From assembly GCA_965645245.1 (NCBI GenBank), contig OZ287069.1, positions 806,001-870,000 on the forward strand: 64,000 bases of DNA. The letters are read 5' to 3'. The notes under the pieces were generated by a model. The model ran no database searches and was not told the DNA's origin. It saw only the letters and a list, made by a program, of their open reading frames with translations. Source of the stretch: Massalongia carnosa (taxonomy: Eukaryota). Each line of letters begins with the position of its first letter. Positions within the stretch are counted from its first letter, which is position 1. Positions 1 to 13,678 of the stretch are shown here, one piece after another. Both the position numbers and the translations under genes were made by a program.

Positions 1-970
1 GCGTGATGTTGACAAATGGTATGATCCGAAACATAGGCATTGCTTGTTTCACTCCTATCTGCCGGCTAGTTAAGAATTTGACTTGAGCCAGCTGTGTTGA
101 AGCAGCTCTTTCGCTGATCGGCGCTCCTTCTAGAACCTATCGCAACATCGACTTGATGAAATCAATAAACCGAGGTAGCTCCATCCCTTTCCTTCATAAT
201 CCCTAAATCGAGATCCTTTCAGCGGACGAAGACCCTCGACGCTCCCTATACTCTATACCACATACATCAGAAACCTATCAGGAAAGAACTTTCATGTGGG
301 GGCTTTCGTACCGTCAGCATTGAAATTATTTTCACCAATTCTAGAGCGCTGAATGAGCTGAAATTGAGTCTGATGTATCATCTCTTGTAGATGCTCTTTG
401 GCAGCCGCAGGACGTATCCTCTGCTCAGCAAACCGAGTAGGGCAGGATTACCCGACCCTACCCATGCTTTCAACTTTTACCGATGTTTCTATTATGGACT
501 AGCGGGATATAAGCAAAGGCATGTACATGCAAATCAACGGCCACCATCACACTTAGACTGGAAAGTGACCAATCAACGTGCTGAAGATAGAGTAAGAATT
601 ATCGTAGCGGCACAAGGTAGCGAACTACAAGTGCTACATGTATGTGCTTATTTCTCCCATACAGCCATACAGATGGCCGTCCACGCTTCTTCATCTGCAT
701 CTTCGCGGGCGGTTAGGCACACTGCACCTATAGGCGCTCGTTCCATGCCTCAAGAAAAAGCACTCTGCGTCGAGGCCTAGAACATTTTGTCGCCCCCAAC
801 GGAATCGCAAAGTCTGCTGTGCCTCATTGCGAACGACCTCCTCTCTTTGCTTATTGCCAGCTGACTAGTATCTCGAGTACGACTTCGACGACCCACGACA
901 TCCCTGGAAGATCTGGATAACGGGTATCGTGCGATAGCAAGCAGAAAAGAGCAGCCTCCAACTATTCAAA

Positions 971-2016
971 ATGAAGGTGCCCTCCTTCCTCCGAGCCATC
1001 CCACGGAAGTGGCGGACCCCAAAAATAATCATAGCCTTGTTCGTGCTGGAGCTCTTCCTCACCGTCCCCGCTCTCGCGCTCTATGGGATTGCATCGCCGG
1101 ATTTGTATCGCACCAGTTTGTGGCAGGAAGGGTCGGACCATGGGTGGAACAGCAATCCAAACGAGATCCTTTACGCATATGCCAACCACAGGCCCATCCA
1201 CTACCCTCTACCATGGAGCAATTTGTAAAACCTTTCAAATTCCTCGACTAGCCCCGTACTTTCGAATGATAGGGCTGATATATGTTGAACAGCGTCACGT
1301 ACTACAATGTCATTATTGCCGTGCTCTCCGTCTTCCTCCTCTTGACCAAAGGAATCATGTTCATCACCCACGTCTTTGATCCAATCGTGTCTGCAATCAT
1401 TCATTCCGCCCTCATCGCTATCTTCGCCGTCAGCCTCCACGCCCAGGCAGCATCTGATATGAGTGATCCCAAGCATCCTCAGCCCGGAGCGCCATGGTAC
1501 ATCACCAAATCATGCGGAGCCCCGGTCAACCCGGCTCTTAAAGGCTACTGCCAGCAAGCGAAAGGAGTATTCGCAATAACGATTTTGCTCATGTAAGTTT
1601 TTCCAACTCAACGTTTCATTCCCCAAACTTGCCTATAATAGGCTAACCTACCCGTCTAAAGCATACTCTTTTTCACCTACCTTGTCCTCTCCCTTATCTC
1701 CCTCTACCCAACCAAATCCCACCGCGCTTCCCACACTTCTCACAGTACAGATCCTGAGTCCCTCCAACTCGCGCGGCCCTGGGAAACAGAGGACGCAGAT
1801 ACTTTAGAAGGCGGCGGTGGTGCGCTGAAAAGTCCCGCCACCCCGCGTACCATGGCCTTCAACACCCTCTCCAGAAACGGAAAGAACAAAAATAAGAAGA
1901 TCAATAATGGGAAGGCACCGGTGAGGCAGCCACAGCCGGGCAGCAGCCCGTTACCCTTGCGACATCATATCAGCATGGGAGACGAAACGTATAACGGACC
2001 CAGCGGTGCGAGATGA
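971..2016 (+). CDS. Multi-pass membrane protein (about 4 TM, MARVEL-like topology), conserved fungal hypothetical; 3 exons (971-1224, 1293-1592, 1662-2016)
   Basis: ORF pieces 971 and 1282 join through GT..AG introns 1225-1292 and 1593-1661 with frame preserved; hydrophobic segments; PWYITKSC..C loop; stop TGA at 2014-2016. Confidence 0.75.
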
Positions 2017-5000
2017 TCGTGTTAGTGCAGATATTGTGGGACGCCGTGGTTTGAGTGGTTGGGCCGGGGTCTAGTTTTTTTCTGTTGTAGAATATCTAAA
2101 TCTCCAAGGAGTTGGTTGGTGTAGTAGGACTGTCGGATGGTTTGTTCGGGGGGGAGGAGTTCGGCTACGTACCTATCTAGAACTTAGGAATACAGCAAAA
2201 AAAAAATACGTCAAATGATATCTCACGCCACCAACTCTCTTTTCGGTTCCATTTCCTGAAAGCTCCAGATTGAGGGGTAGGTATGGAATAAAGTAGGAGG
2301 GAAGAATCTGGATCGTTTCGTTCGTTCGTTCGTATGTGTTTCTTTGGGGGAAGGGGGAGCTCGAGGCGAACGAACAAGTATGAGGAGGCACTTGCTTACC
2401 TACCTACTATCTATCTTGTTTCTCTGTTCCTACATACGAGGAATGAAACCGAACGAATATACTCATCATCATCATCATCATCCATTCATCTATTCTCCCA
2501 CGTCCGAAATGATGAAGAGAGGAATATATATATGCACGCCATTATATTTTATTTGTATTTTTTTATACAAAAAAAAGAGAAAGGCCACGAGGAAAAGAAC
2601 AGTTATCCCCCCTCCTCTCTCTCCGTTTCATTCCCATGCCATCCATCCATCCATCCATTGCGTCTGCCAATAAGCGAGTAGAGTCGCAAGTCAAAACTCC
2701 AAATTGGGACCAGTCGGGATCCACATATCTTGAAAAATCCACAATCCTATCCTGGTCTATCCTTTTCCCTCTCTCTTTTTCATGCCATTTTTATTTACTC
2801 GTCTGGCAGTCTTCTTCGCTTCATTGCCATCTTTATGTTTATCTATTGCTCGCTTTCGTTATTTGTAGGATGGAAAGAAAAAAAAAAGGGGGGGTCCTGA
2901 AGATTTCTCCATCTATATATATGTGTGTGTATGTATAGGTATTAATTTAGGGAGACAGAAGACAGACAGACTAAATCATGAGAAATTGAGAGAGAGAGAG
3001 ACGCCAGCGGAGGTAATAGAACAGATTATGTAAAAGCAAAGGAGATAGCCAGAAAGGACGAATACTTAGATAACAGAAATACATAGGAAGTCCGTTGCTC
3101 CGCCACTCTTTCTCTCGTCTCATTATAATTTTACCTAATCATACATAACATATACCTACTTACTATACAATCTATTACTATTCATGCCTACATAACCCAG
3201 CCCAACGTATTCCCGCCGAGCTTCATACGTATTTCCTCTCGGTCCGGGAGGGGGATTGGGAAGACTGAGAGAAGCGGGAGGGAGTAGATGGATAAATGGG
3301 TGGATAGGTGGTAGAAGGGAGAGTTTTTATTGCATTAAATAGATCTACCTGCCCCTTTCGCAACAGGGGCTTTCCTCCAACCCCCCCAAAATTGGGACAA
3401 TTGGGGAAATGAGAAAAGGACCGAACCATGCTCCCAAATCCTCAAAGACTGTAAAAACCCATGAGTACCACGGCGCGGTCTTAGTTTCCCTACCACACCA
3501 ACTGGAAACTCCTCTCCTTGCAAGGAGGAGATATTTGGGTTCCTTAAAGGAAGCTGAAGAGATAGAGAGGTTTTGCAAGGAGTTTGGAGGTAGATGGATA
3601 GATAGGCACGAAGGTGGGTAGGAAGGAAATAGGGAGGGAGGAGGAATATAGAGGTGGGAAAGTTGGAAGGAGGCTTACTTTTTGGACTAAGGGGGTAAGG
3701 CTTGAGAGTTTTCGCTGCAGCGAGTGGGGAACTGGGCGAGAGGGGTTGAAGGTGTGGATTCAGTGCATGATTGAGGTTGCTGAGCACTCCATCTAGCGCT
3801 TTAGGAGAGTTGGGGTTCTTGTAACATGAATTATTTACTAATAGTTCTTTTGCTAGGATGTCTTTATAGATATTTTCTTGATTCTCTTCTAGCGAGGAAT
3901 TTATCCTCGGAGGAGGCTTATGTGAGCTGTTTCTCGGAATTTTTTTTTTCAAAACACGACTGAGCCGAAGGTTGAGTGCGAGTGAGAACCGAGGATACAA
4001 CGAGCAAAAGTTTAGAACGAAAGAACAAGGATAAGTAACACAGAGAAACGAGGAGTTTTATGGTTGGCGTATCAGGTAGAATCACCTAATACACACTTAC
4101 TTTGGTCAAAAGAGTGAGAAAACAACCGCTCTGAATGCGGATTAGTAAACTTAATAGTATAAGCATGTTCTAGAATAAATCTCTTTCAACAGACTTCAAT
4201 GCATCAGTGGCAAGGCCCGATATTTTGAAACATTAAGGCGGATTGGTCTTCCGTGACGTCAAGGTATGTCTTGATTCAGGAAGAAGCTTCATCCCTGGTA
4301 GGGATTGAGCTGAAAAGCGTGCCTAGACATTAGCGGGGGAGAACCATCTAGTGAACCCATGTTTGCGCGATGGGTTTGCAAGTCCTCATTCTGGTATCCG
4401 ATAGGAGAAATTGCTCTGGGAGTCAAGTTCAAACATGTGGCGCCATGTGATGTCGGAAAGAAACATCGGAGTTGAGACGTAAAGGAATACAAGGACAGCG
4501 CAAATGACCTTGTGTATCCGATGGACGGTAGATCCAATTGTTTTAGTGGCTCAGGCCCGGGGGGTTCATGAGATCTCATCAAGAGCAAAACGGTTGAATC
4601 AGTGAACAAGCAAACAATAGGTTTGAGAGATGATTTTAGACAGTCGATCATTACGAATAGACGCAAAACCCCAGCAAAGCATGGTAGATGGAGATATATG
4701 TGCATTGAGGAAAGCCAGCTTGTAATTTGAAGAGCTGGCTTTTGTTCGCGAGACAAACCTTGAAAGAGAAAGGAAAGCAATTGCTCCTACTATTGGTGGT
4801 GCAAGAAATATCATAGCAGAAAAAGCACACTGTGCCTATTGTAAAAGAATGGGATGTTCAGAACGCACAATGGACAACGGACAATGAATAATGAATAATG
4901 AACAATAGCGGCTGGAACGGATCAATCGGCCTTTAACCCTTACGTTATCTCTTCCCTCTCTTCAGGGTTCAAATCGCTAATGTAAGTCAGGTCGATTCCG

Positions 5001-7715
5001 GCTGGAAGTAGGGTCAACTCGGCTACTTGAAAAGGCATTTGTTCTCCGAACGTGTGACCCTTATGTTATTGCCATGCTGAAACGTCCCGGCCCTTTAGCT
5101 TGACCGCCATCAAATCTTACCGGACCAAAGGAACGGCTGTCCCTTATCCCGTACGATGTCTGAGATATCACTGTCCTAGATCTCGATAGACCATAATGCG
5201 AATGCTCGTGGTTAACGATGAGAAAACGATGTGTCATTCGAAACTAATGGTTTCTGACGAAGCCCACGCGATTGCGCCAACGCTAGAAAATCGGGATTTC
5301 TGCACAGAATCTTTCCTCTCACGTTGCTAAGCACGTATAGAGTATAGAGTAATAGGTACTGGATACTTTGCATACTCTCGCCACGGCGGGGCTATTGGTA
5401 TTTGCGTCTGGCGTGTAGGAAAGCTTCGATCCTTTGCATAGAGTTCGCCGCTAGTTTAAGAGCAAGGCACCAAAAGGGTTGGAATTGCTCAATCTTGAGG
5501 TACAAGTATCAGCTGGGTAAGGCCATGTTGCGGTGAAGAACATTTCGAGTCGGGTCTTCTACGCGTCAGGTAGTACTGCTAGTCATTTCCAGGACCGCAA
5601 TTCTGTGATGCGGAAAGATTTCTCGAAGCGCTGCAATGCTAACATAAAGTGCATCGTGGTGGATGGTAAGCGGTGATGGAATCTATATGTACACAGTACT
5701 CTGTAATTATTCTTCCTGAGGTGACTGACTCGCCCCCAACCCCGGGACAGCATTCACTGGGAAAGGCACCTGTTCATCTGCCGTCTTTGCTGGGTTCTAG
5801 TTGACAATCGCAACTTCGGTAGACGGGGAGGAATCATACGACCTTATGCAAGAGCTGCTTCCTGAGAATCGTTGGCAAATTACTCGACCAAGATCAAGCA
5901 GAGGCGAAAATCACCAAGTTCATAATTCCAACATCGTGCTCGCTGCTCCCTTGATAGGTATTGTAGCAGCAGCAAAATTTCTGCCTGCTATAATCAGTCG
6001 CTCTTGATTTTCTCTGTCGGCCCGGACCACAATGAGAGAATTATCGATTGGTTCCTGGTCTGATTTTCCTTTCGGCCCTTGTGCAAGCCGCGAATGCTTT
6101 GCAGGACGTACGTCAGCAAGTGATTCAGGTACCACAAATAAGGCTGTGACAAACCATCATTGGCTCTCCGGACCTAACTTACTGGCCAGCGGCCACCGTA
6201 CGGGAGTGAATTGGTATTGGTCTGCTTGTAGGATTGAAGAACCGGTCTAATCCGTCGCGACTTCGGACATACTTGCTGCCCGAAATCGGTCACTCTGGTA
6301 AGTTTCTCATCGCTCGCTTGATGGATATAATCAGACTGAGCATAAGAATTCTCACCCCGAACGGCTACGAGAGAAGCTCGGTTCTGTTTGTTATCTATGG
6401 GCAGTTCATGCCCCTCTATCAGTATAAGGTGCACAGTCATCAAGGCACAAGAGTACCTAATCCGTACCCACGTACAGCGTACTGAGTAGACAAACATGGT
6501 CGAATTACATCGCTATAAGAAGCCGAACCGTACCCTTCATTTTGGGAAATGTTGTTTCTTCTTCGCTGTCTTGATACCCTTAACGATCTCGATGCCTAAC
6601 GAATACAAATCTTTCATCACTCCTTTGAAGGTATTCATCCTCTACATGAAGAACGACGCCCACGATTGAACGATACGTCTACGGTCATTCCCCATTGTCT
6701 TTGAGTGGCAGGGAACAGTAAGCTTTGTTTCGTCATCTCCGGCATAGCATCTCTACGATACCAGAGTTCTTCCTGTACACTTGAATTGACGCACCCGATT
6801 GAATTGAACTAGAAGACTGTTGTCTCAAGGCTTGATTCCTACAAATCCTCTCCGTTGTATGTGGCTGTCATTTCGCTTTCCTGTGAGGAGCTTGTTCACT
6901 TTTGCCGATTTTCCCAAGGCGTGGAATGTACCGTTCTCTGTTACCCCCTCTCCCCTTTTCGGTTAGTAAGATCTTACTGGGATTTGATTGCGCGCTTGGG
7001 TCAAATAATAGGAAATCTCCCAGTTCGACGATCCGATTGGTTCGGCCCCTGAGTTGTTCCTGGATTGTTCTCTAGCGTTCCTCCATTCATCTCCCATGCC
7101 TGTCACGGCCCCTGCCCCCTGCCCCCACCCCAGTCTACTTCCCCCCATTTTCTTGGGCTGGTTTTCCCTTTTCACCTTTCCAAACATCTCACAACTACAT
7201 CCAACAACCACTCTCACGTTCTTTTGCTGCTTCAACACCATCACGCTCATTTTTGTGTGCGCAGGATAGCACTGGAGGAAGCCGGCCCGAGCACTTCCTA
7301 CCCACATTCCTTTGGAACACTGGACAATTTGTGATTGCACCCACTTCATCTAACTATCCTTGAACATCACACATTCTTTTACAAACACACGCCTCAAAGC
7401 CTTATCGTCTAATCCCACCAAGGTCTGGCTGTAAGTCCTCCGCCGATGTGAACCCTCTGTTTCTCAGACGATTGCAATGTTTTGATTTCAAAGACCTATT
7501 TAATGCGCGCGAAAGCCCTGCGAAGCTGTATAAATCAATCCATTTCCGCTGTCTGTTCATCGTTACTGCAAGGCAAGAACTGACAGTTCGCGCTTCACTC
7601 CAGGATCCTAGGTTCAAACCTCATAGTTGCCGTTCTTTGGATTACATAACAAAATCGCTATCAATATCCTTTCATCCGAGTCTTTGATAGATTCTGTGCC
7701 GTTCCTTGAACCGTA

Positions 7716-9275
7716 ATGGTTCGTCAAATTATGGGACTCAATGTCGCTGTCTTGGCTTTTGGTCTATTCGCGGCCGGGATCGCTGCTTCTCCTTCGATGC
7801 ATCGTCATGGACACCACCATCGGGCGGAGAAACGCGACCACGTGGTGGTGGTTCATCAATATGAAGTGAATCACAAAGAAATGACACTTGATAAGGTCTG
7901 CGCTGGCTTAAAGGCAGGAACCCTGCGTTTGGGCGATGGATCGACTACTTTGGACGCCTGTAATACCGAGGTGCCCGTGGAAAATTACAACGACTCTACG
8001 CACAAGGATCCTGTCGTTGTCCCTATCAAGAAGGCCGCCTCAACTATTACGATCACCTCGGTATCTTCCTCTGCAACGGCGACGCCCGAGGTTCAAGCAA
8101 CCATTCAGAGTGAAGCATCTATTACTGCCTCATCGAGCTCTGTGTCGTCCTCGTCCGCATCTACAGCGCCGGCCTCTGAGAATTCATATTCCTATGGCTC
8201 GCCCTCGGCTACTTCTTCAGCGCCAGCTTCTACGTATTCCAATTCATACGATACGCCTTCCTCGTCCGATTACAGCTATCAAGGTCAAGGTTTGGACAGG
8301 GAATTTCCGGATAACGAGATTGATTGCAGCGACTTTCCGTCCGATTATGGCGCTATTGATATCCACTGGATGGGGATTGGTGGATGGTCTGGGATCCAAT
8401 ATCCCAAGTATGATGGCGACTCCGTGGTAGACATGGACACCGCTGTTCCAGGTGGTAAGAACTGCACCGCAAATGCAATGTGCTCGTACGCATGTCCTCC
8501 AGGCTATCAGAAGTCACAATGGCCATCGACGCAAGGTGCAACAGGTCAATCGGTTGGCGGCCTGAAGTGCAACGATCAGGGCAAGTTGTGTCTCACAAAC
8601 CCTGTGTTGTCCAAGACACTTTGTGTCAAAGGAACTGGCGCAACCACGATTCACAACAAGCTCGAAAAATCTGCAGCAATCTGTCGCACGGATTATCCTG
8701 GTTTGTACCTGACCTCTAGCTTACAACCCCTTTGCTAATGCTACCTAAGGCACCGAGAGTCAAACAGTCCCTTTAGACACCAAGCCCAACTCAGTCAACC
8801 CTCTGACCTGTCCAGACGCGAAGAACTACTATAGTCACCAGGGAGCTGCGACTTCAGCTCAGTATTACATTAACAATAAGGGCGTTTCTCAGACGGAGGC
8901 GTGTGTTTGGAGCAAGGATGGGTCTCACGAGGGAAACTGGGCTCCCAGCTTCCTTGGTGTTGGAAGAGACGACTCCGGGAGGACTTGGCTATCAATTGGA
9001 ACAACAAGCGACAATAAGCCTACCGACTACCAGCCGTTGGACTACGTTGTGGAGATTGTTGCTGCTGAAGGTGGCCAGCTCGGAGATACATGCAGGCTTA
9101 AAGACGGTCTATACTGCTCATCTGACAGCACTGGAAACCCTTATGGGAAATGTAACCAGAAGGGATGCACAGTACGTAATGATACTATCTGTTTCTCTCA
9201 TTTGGTATGCTAACCTGCTCGTGATAGGTCGAGTTACAAAAAGGGGAAGCTATCTATGTCTTGACAGAGTCTTAG
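7716..9275 (+). CDS. Secreted SUN-family (GH132) beta-1,3-glucanase-like cell wall protein
   Basis: Signal peptide, His-rich HRHGHHH, Ser/Thr-rich linker, SUN motifs CSYACPPGYQKSQWP, GQSVGGLKC and AICRTDYPG; introns ~8702-8749 and ~9172-9227; stop TAG at 9273-9275. Confidence 0.9.
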
Positions 9276-10405
9276 GACCTTGAAGCATCATCGGAGACTT
9301 TTCAACACGACTTGACCATGTCCGGCTCTGGATAGCTATCTTTTCATTGTAACAACCAACATGCTCTCGTGGTATTATCCTGTCTTGCTCTGGTCTGATG
9401 GGCCGCATCCTAAGGCCCTTTCTTTGATGTACAATCTTACTCAATAGCTATGGATGACTAGCGTCTCATTGCCTTCTTCTACCGAGCATGCGCTCAGGCA
9501 TTGGGTTGTATATCCGGAGATCTGATCTAAGCTTGGGTCCTAGGGTCCGGTTTCCTTTTTTTTACTTACGGTCTTGTTCTTCGATTCTAAAATTTTCACG
9601 ATGGCAGCGACTTTAGATGGTCCGGGGGTGGCGGAAACCAAGCTTCCAGCCTGAAAGTGATCACCGGTGGAGGCAGCGTTACAAACCACCTATCAGTTAA
9701 ATGTCACCGAGATTCGATGGCTATCGGAGCCGTATTTCATACATCTTTGATGGGTTTATCACAATCTCGTGGGTTTGGGTTGTATCTCGCGCTGCTCGGT
9801 CCAGCTAGTACTGTTCGGTTCTAACTAGCTTGCCGGTGTGTTCGTTGCTACCGCTCGTCTCGCTGGCGGAGAAGCAAGGCCTCATCATATGCGCTGGGAT
9901 TGATGAGGCTTATGGGCAGCTTGGCAACACCGTTCCACCCGCGTCTTTTGTTTAATAATCATGTACATAGTTTGGTACCGGCAATCTCCTTTGAATGAGA
10001 AGATATCAAAATGCCCAGCGTGCAATCTGAGAACAATCTGAGACAAGATGCCGCGCCTATAGCTTGTAAGCTTCCATCGCACTTGATTGATCTCATAATT
10101 TCTCGATTGAAGGAATCATTTGAGTCTTCGAGGTTAGAGAAGGGATCATAATGAGACAAAGGTGCAAATATGTAACCTACCTATCTGTTCCAGGGAAAGC
10201 GGTTTGTGGCCGGCAATTGGGCGTATGCCGTCTCGTGGGGCGAGTGCGGTCTCTCGGCTCGCATGTGGAATAGCTGTCATCTTCCAAATCTTCCTTCCAG
10301 CGCAACGTTTTCTTCCTCAGCATTGCGATTCTAATTGATGAAAATAAGGCACGAGACTCGTTACAGCACGGTTTCTCATGGCTCAATGAGCCTTCGCATA
10401 CTCCG

Positions 10406-11981
10406 ATGAATGGTTTTGCGGATCGCGGCTTAGATGATGCCGCCTTTGGGGAGAAGGGAGGCTTCACCGAAGGCCTGAGGACGTTCGATGCCTTTCGTAT
10501 GCCCTTCTTTTCATATTCTATGCGCCGTATCTAATCCCCCTATAACTCTCATTTCTCACACGTTCTATTTCACTTACCCCAACGAATTCCCTCCCGGCCC
10601 CTCCATCAGCACACCTCCTGGCGCAACCAGCCATGCAATCTAACCTTCCATCCCAGCCAAAACCAAACCCACTTACACCCGCCGCACCTCCATAGGCGGG
10701 TACACGACTCTCGTCCTCCTCCTCCTCTCCTTCCTTCTCTCACTTACCGAGCTCCGCCGTTGGTACCGCGGCCACGAGACCCACATTTTCAGCGTAGAGA
10801 AGGGCATCTCGCACACGCTGCAGATAAACCTTGACATCGTGCTTCCCATGGCGTGCGCGGATCTACACATCAACGTGCAAGACGCGAGTGGCGATCGTAT
10901 ATTAGCGGGGGACATGCTGACGCGTGACCCGACCAATTGGCTGCAATGGGTTAATCCTCGCAGCGGTGCGCTGCACGCGTTCGAGAACACCAACGCTGCC
11001 CAAGGCGGGGCGTGGGAGGCCGAGGCCGAGAAGGACACACATGTGGGGCATGTGCTGGGGGAGGCGCGGGGGAAGAAGAAGTTCCGGAAGACGCCGAGAA
11101 TGAAGGGGGGAAGGACGGTGGTGGCGTGTAGAGTGTTTGGCAGTTTGGAGGGGAATAAGGTGCAGGGGGATTTTCATATCACGGCTCGAGGGCACGGGTA
11201 TTGGGAGTTTGGCGATCATTTGGATCACAATGGTAGGTTTTTGTCCTCATCGTCTTCTTTCCCTCGATCAATCTTCCATTTTCCTGATTATGCTCCCTCC
11301 ATTCCTCCCGTTCTCTCTCCTAACCCACTTCCCATTCTTTCCTCTCATCTAACCACCAGCTGACCTCTTCAAACAGCCTTCAACTTCTCCCACATCATCA
11401 ACGAGCTCTCCTTCGGCCCCCTCTACCCCTCCCTCATAAATCCCCTCGATAGTACCATCTCCACCACCCCTCAGCACTTCTTCAAATACCAATATTACCT
11501 CTCCATCGTCCCAACCATATACACCCGCACTCCCTCCCCCTCCCCTTCATCCTCCACCCAAACCACCACCATCTCCATCCTCTCCTTCCTAAACCCCCTC
11601 TCCTATTTCCCTTTCTCCTATCTCCTTCCCGCCGCGGATTCTTCCCGCCGCGCCTCTTCCGCCAATACCCTCATTACCAACCAGTACGCCGCCACGTCGC
11701 ACGCGACCCCCATCTCCGAGCGCGCCGTCCCGGGCGTCTTCTTCAAATTCGACATCGAGCCCATCCTGCTTACGGTGCGCGAGGAGCGCGAGGGCTGGCT
11801 GCGCCTGCTGGTGAGGGTCGTCAATGTCGTCAGCGGCGTGCTGGTGGCGGGCGGGTGGTGTTATCGGATCGGGGCTTGGGGCAGAGAGGTCTTGGGGGGA
11901 AGAAAACGGGGTGGAGATGTGGGCGTGTTGCATGGCGGAGGAAAGGGAGGGGAGGAGGAGGAGGAGGAGGAGGAGGATTAG
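10406..11981 (+). CDS. ERV41: ER-Golgi vesicle protein Erv41 (ERGIC2 family), 3 exons
   Basis: LRTFDAF/KT N-terminus, MACADLHINVQDASGDR, CRVFGSLEGNKVQGDFHITARGHGY, FNFSHIINELSFGP, PGVFFKFDIEPI and a C-terminal TM. Confidence 0.9.
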
Positions 11982-12143
11982 TTTGCTGGCTGGTTTTGGG
12001 GGTTTTAGGGAGGCTTGGGGCGGGGAATGTGGATGTCAGTAGTATAAATCCCGTTACATCCGTCTATATTAAGAAATACTCAGTTTCCGAATCGAGAGTT
12101 ATATGTAAAATCAAGCCGTGGCATGGGATGGATGGCATCCAGG

Positions 12144-12197
12144 TTCTTCTTCTTCTTCTTCTTCTTCTTCTTCTTCTTCTTCTTCTTCTTCTTCTTC
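12144..12197. repeat. (TTC)18 microsatellite within a low-complexity intergenic tract (~12.1-13.3 kb)
   Basis: Directly visible perfect trinucleotide run; nearby (GTC)n, (GA)n and poly-C/poly-G runs. Confidence 0.95.
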
Positions 12198-13678
12198 CTC
12201 CTTCCATCTCCCCCCTCCCTCTTGATCAATACATACGTTAATTTAACCAGCGACCGTGTTACTCACCCTCCACTTCTCCATCTATTTCTTCTTTCTTTTG
12301 TTGTCTCTCGACTTTCTCTCTCGCGCGAGAGTCCCTCGCTAGAGCAAGAAAAAAACAAACAAAAGAAAAACATTGAAAATCCGAGAAAAGTGATAAATAT
12401 CAGGAAAATGGAAAAATTCGAAGAAATAGAAATTGCTGGTATTGCTGCTACTGCGACACTTTGCCGCCTCGATCCTCCACCACTCCAATCCTCCAAAAAC
12501 CCCAACTATCATACAACAGGAAACCAGCCAATATAGTGAGATGGGGATATATCTTGGTGGTTTTTTGTCTTCGGTTTTGGTTTGGTTTTGGTCATATGAT
12601 AGTGTTGACGTCGTCGTCGTCGTCGTCGTCTTTGTTGTTGTTGTTAAAGAGAGAGAGAGAAAGAAAGAGGTTGAAAAACGGGAAAGGATGTGAAGGGAAG
12701 GGAGGCGGGTAGGGGACTGAGAGTGAAAAAAAAAAGGGGAGAGAGGAGAGGGAATGGGAAACTGTAGAGGAAGCCGTAAACAGGCAGCTATTGACATGAA
12801 AAGCTAGTTAGTATACAGACAGACATACATACATTGATATATACAAGTAAACCCCCCCCCCCCCCCCCAAAAGGCAGGGGTTTCCTTTTCACCACCCCCA
12901 CAGAAAGGACAAGGAAAGAGAAAGATTCCGTCCGACCGGCTGGTCATAGCTTACTTGACGGGGAATTATACGTAATCATACCAATATCAGGCTCCTCACT
13001 CCATACATCGCTATAAGTATATATATATCTAGCAGATAAATGTGTGTGCAAAGGAAGGGGGGGGGAGGTTTTGTTCTCTCGTGGTGATAGCATTAAGTTG
13101 TGGATGGGGTTGGGGAGGAGAGGGAAGGTAAGGAGTTGGATACTTTGATAGAAGAAGGTTTCTTGATTTTTTTTCTCTGAAAAATAAAAAAAATTAATAT
13201 TTTTGCCGGAGGGGGGGGGGCAATATGAGACAAGATTGATCTGGGCTTCTGGGGATGGATGTGGAGTTCTTTTAAATTGCTGAGATATGTTCAGTGCATG
13301 ATTAATTACATTTGAGACAGTTAAGACCCCAAAATCCGAGACTTATACGAAAGGAAACGCTCAGTTTCATCCGATCTGATCCGTAGAAATTGAAAATCTT
13401 GTTTGGATGCGAGACTCTCTCACCTCCACGCATTTGGAAATCCAGAGCGAAGACCGACTAGTTTGCCCCTACGCAGTTCTCCTTGACGCTCGGAGCAGAC
13501 GATTTCGCCGCAAGAAAAAAAAAAAGCTTGCATCCCGTGCGCCGTGTAAACAGATTTTCCGGGGGGGGGGGGGGGGGTTCGGAAAGCTAGGAGATATTGG
13601 GAGTGAGGACTTTTGTTTAGAGAAATGTATGTTGGTCGGGGAAGTGATATTTACACGATGTCCTGTATGGCGTCGAGG

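Noticed and set aside
3223..4000. 221-aa minus-strand ORF and neighbours as a possible gene or LINE gag remnant
   Set aside because: Low-complexity Pro/Leu/Ser translation of purine-skewed DNA; no recognisable motif beyond a lone CPNF
4950..5010. tRNA-like T-loop strings (GGTTCAAATC, GGTCGATTCCGGCT)
   Set aside because: No D-arm, anticodon arm or correctly spaced acceptor stem could be built
2100..7700. Many short ORFs in the long region upstream of the SUN gene
   Set aside because: No domain motifs or consistent splice structure; microsatellite-derived or random; treated as intergenic
12100..13300. ORFs with poly-Phe, poly-Leu, poly-Thr and poly-Val runs
   Set aside because: Translations of (TTC)n and (GTC)n microsatellites
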